Below the pieces are notes generated by a model. The model was given only the letters and a program-made list of their open reading frames with translations. It ran no database searches and was not told where the DNA came from. From positions 2,666,001 to 2,730,000 of the forward strand of contig OZ037766.1 of NCBI GenBank assembly GCA_964035545.1: a stretch of 64,000 bases of DNA, read 5' to 3'. Below are positions 62,121-64,000 of the stretch, piece by piece. Made by a program: the position numbers and the translations under genes. This DNA is from Bugula neritina. Its lineage: Eukaryota > Animalia > Bryozoa. Position 1 is the first letter of the stretch. The number at the start of each line of letters is the position of its first letter.

Positions 62121-64000
62121 GTAGTAGATCACTTAACTTGGATCTAAAGTCTGAATCTACAATATCCAAACAAATTAGGTTCATAAACGTAAAGGCATTT
62201 TCATACATTATGCTTTGTATTGCATGACAAGGCCATAAAAATTTTGATTAAAAATTTTGCAATGCATGTCTCAAAGTTAGTTTACAATAATCATGATGAT
62301 AATCATAATCAAAGAGTGTGAAAAGCAAAAATAAAACTAATAAAACAAAGCTAGAGTAACTTTTAACATAAACTCATAATAGTAGTAAACTTTCTTTCAG
62401 TCTAGATTATAACTTTACACACACATAATAATTTCAATTGACATATTTCTAGAAACAAAAACAACCAAAGCATAAGATTCTTAAACTGATAGTGATACAG
62501 AATAAAAGGGCGAGTTAATATTCATTAGTTGTAACAGCTTTTGATTATGACTGCATATTCATATTGGTATATTTTAAATTATATTTTTATATTCAAAAAT
62601 TTAAGTCAGCTCAGACTAAAACATCAACTTAAAGTTGGCTTTTTACCCCCTCTGACTTTGTCTTGATTTGGTTTTACAACAATAATTAATATTACTATTT
62701 TTATTACTTTTCTTCCAATTTTGAATATAATTTTATGATTTAAATTTTTCAGTTTTCAGACCTAAGGGTTAAGACTTAAGAGTTAGACAAAGAGCCTGTT
62801 GCCGTTTAAGTTGTAGGCTTGGCAAACTTTAAAACTGAAATTTTGCCTATATAGAAATTCTGCCAACATAAATTTACACCTGTCATACTATAAAAATAAT
62901 GATCACTAAGGTAAAATTTGTAACGTATAAATTATAATACTAAATAAGTAAATTAGTTGGACGAAGAGCTGTGCAGAGTTGCAAGAAGTAATACAATATT
63001 ATAGCCTATGGTTGTAAAACGAAATTAGCCTTTAAAACTGTAAACTGGATGCGCTGGCGACGGTGTTTTTAATTTAAAAGACGAAATATAATATGTATGT
63101 CGATTGATGAAAGGGCGCGTGAGTTATCTCAAATACCTCTCCAGTTGTTACAATATATTATTAAACTAGCGGACTTAACATTTTCTTTTATTAAGATAAA
63201 AGCAACTCAAATTATAACCTTTGTTGCATTCGGTCATTTTGAAATCATTTTTTTCTTCCAGAAAACTCGATAAAAACGGGCCTGTTGCAGTTTCTTGTAA
63301 GTACTAAGTTGTAAGTTTGTCTATCTTTTTGCTCATAAGTTTTTAAGTATCATTTTTATTAAAAATAGCAATAGCTGCACGTTGGAATTGTGATTGTGGT
63401 GCTGATACTTATAAGTTTACGACTTAGTAAAGTAAAAGTTGTAGCAAACTGAAACTGCAAAGTCAAACTGCAAAGTGAAAGTCAAAGGGAAATAATTATA
63501 ATATTAGTAATACTAATAGAATTTAATAAAATATTATAGCGTTGTCGTTAAAAATTAAAATCGAATTTAAAACATTGACTCAAAAATAAGATGACTCTAA
63601 GTGGTTTACTAAAAGTTAAAAGTTACTGTTATCTGTTATGGATTATGATTATCATTATCCTTATGAATATCATTATGGTTATTGGATATTCATAATGATT
63701 TAGTTATACAGGTACTTATACTCAACTTATACTTATAATTGTACTTAGTATTATAGTTATAGTATGAATAACTATTGATAGCCACTATGACTATCCTGTA
63801 TTATAAATTCCTATGAGTACTGACTACTAGTACTACAAGTCAAAGTAAAAACTAAAAGTAAATCAATATGAATATCACTGGATAAGGCAGGTAGTTTCTG
63901 TTTTAAGACTCTAGCAAGTTGATATCAGTTAAGATGTGTGGTTATGGTTGTCTTACTTTGCCTTAAGACTCAAGTAATAAGTAGTCAATTGTTTTTATAT

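Overview
AT-rich, intron-rich animal (invertebrate-like) nuclear DNA with ten compact spliced protein genes in mostly alternating orientation: RBM8A/Y14 (-, runs off the left edge), a 22-exon Delphilin/GRID2IP-type formin (+), SUCLG1 (-), GOLGA7 (+, with an intronic tRNA-His), an unrecognised basic/Ser-rich gene (-), SLC45A3-like (-), TMEM160-like (+), an unrecognised ~750-aa Pro/Thr-rich gene (-), TMEM143 (+) and ACSS3 (-). Several small non-autonomous DNA transposons (hAT, Tc1/mariner, Kolobok-like with a nested TIR element) and a decayed tRNA-derived SINE lie in introns. Two patterns are not explained by this inventory. (1) About a dozen unrelated minisatellites or local duplications lie on or close to splice sites, and several are made of the splice site itself: 24 tandem GA|GTAAGT donors in Delphilin and about 23 tandem CAG|G acceptors in SLC45A3. 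(2) A 3/6-bp periodic AGT/ACT/AAT/TAT low-complexity tract lies beside every inferred promoter. Exon coordinates were read by eye from GT-AG boundaries and frame continuity. Gene names come from recalled protein motifs, not database searches.
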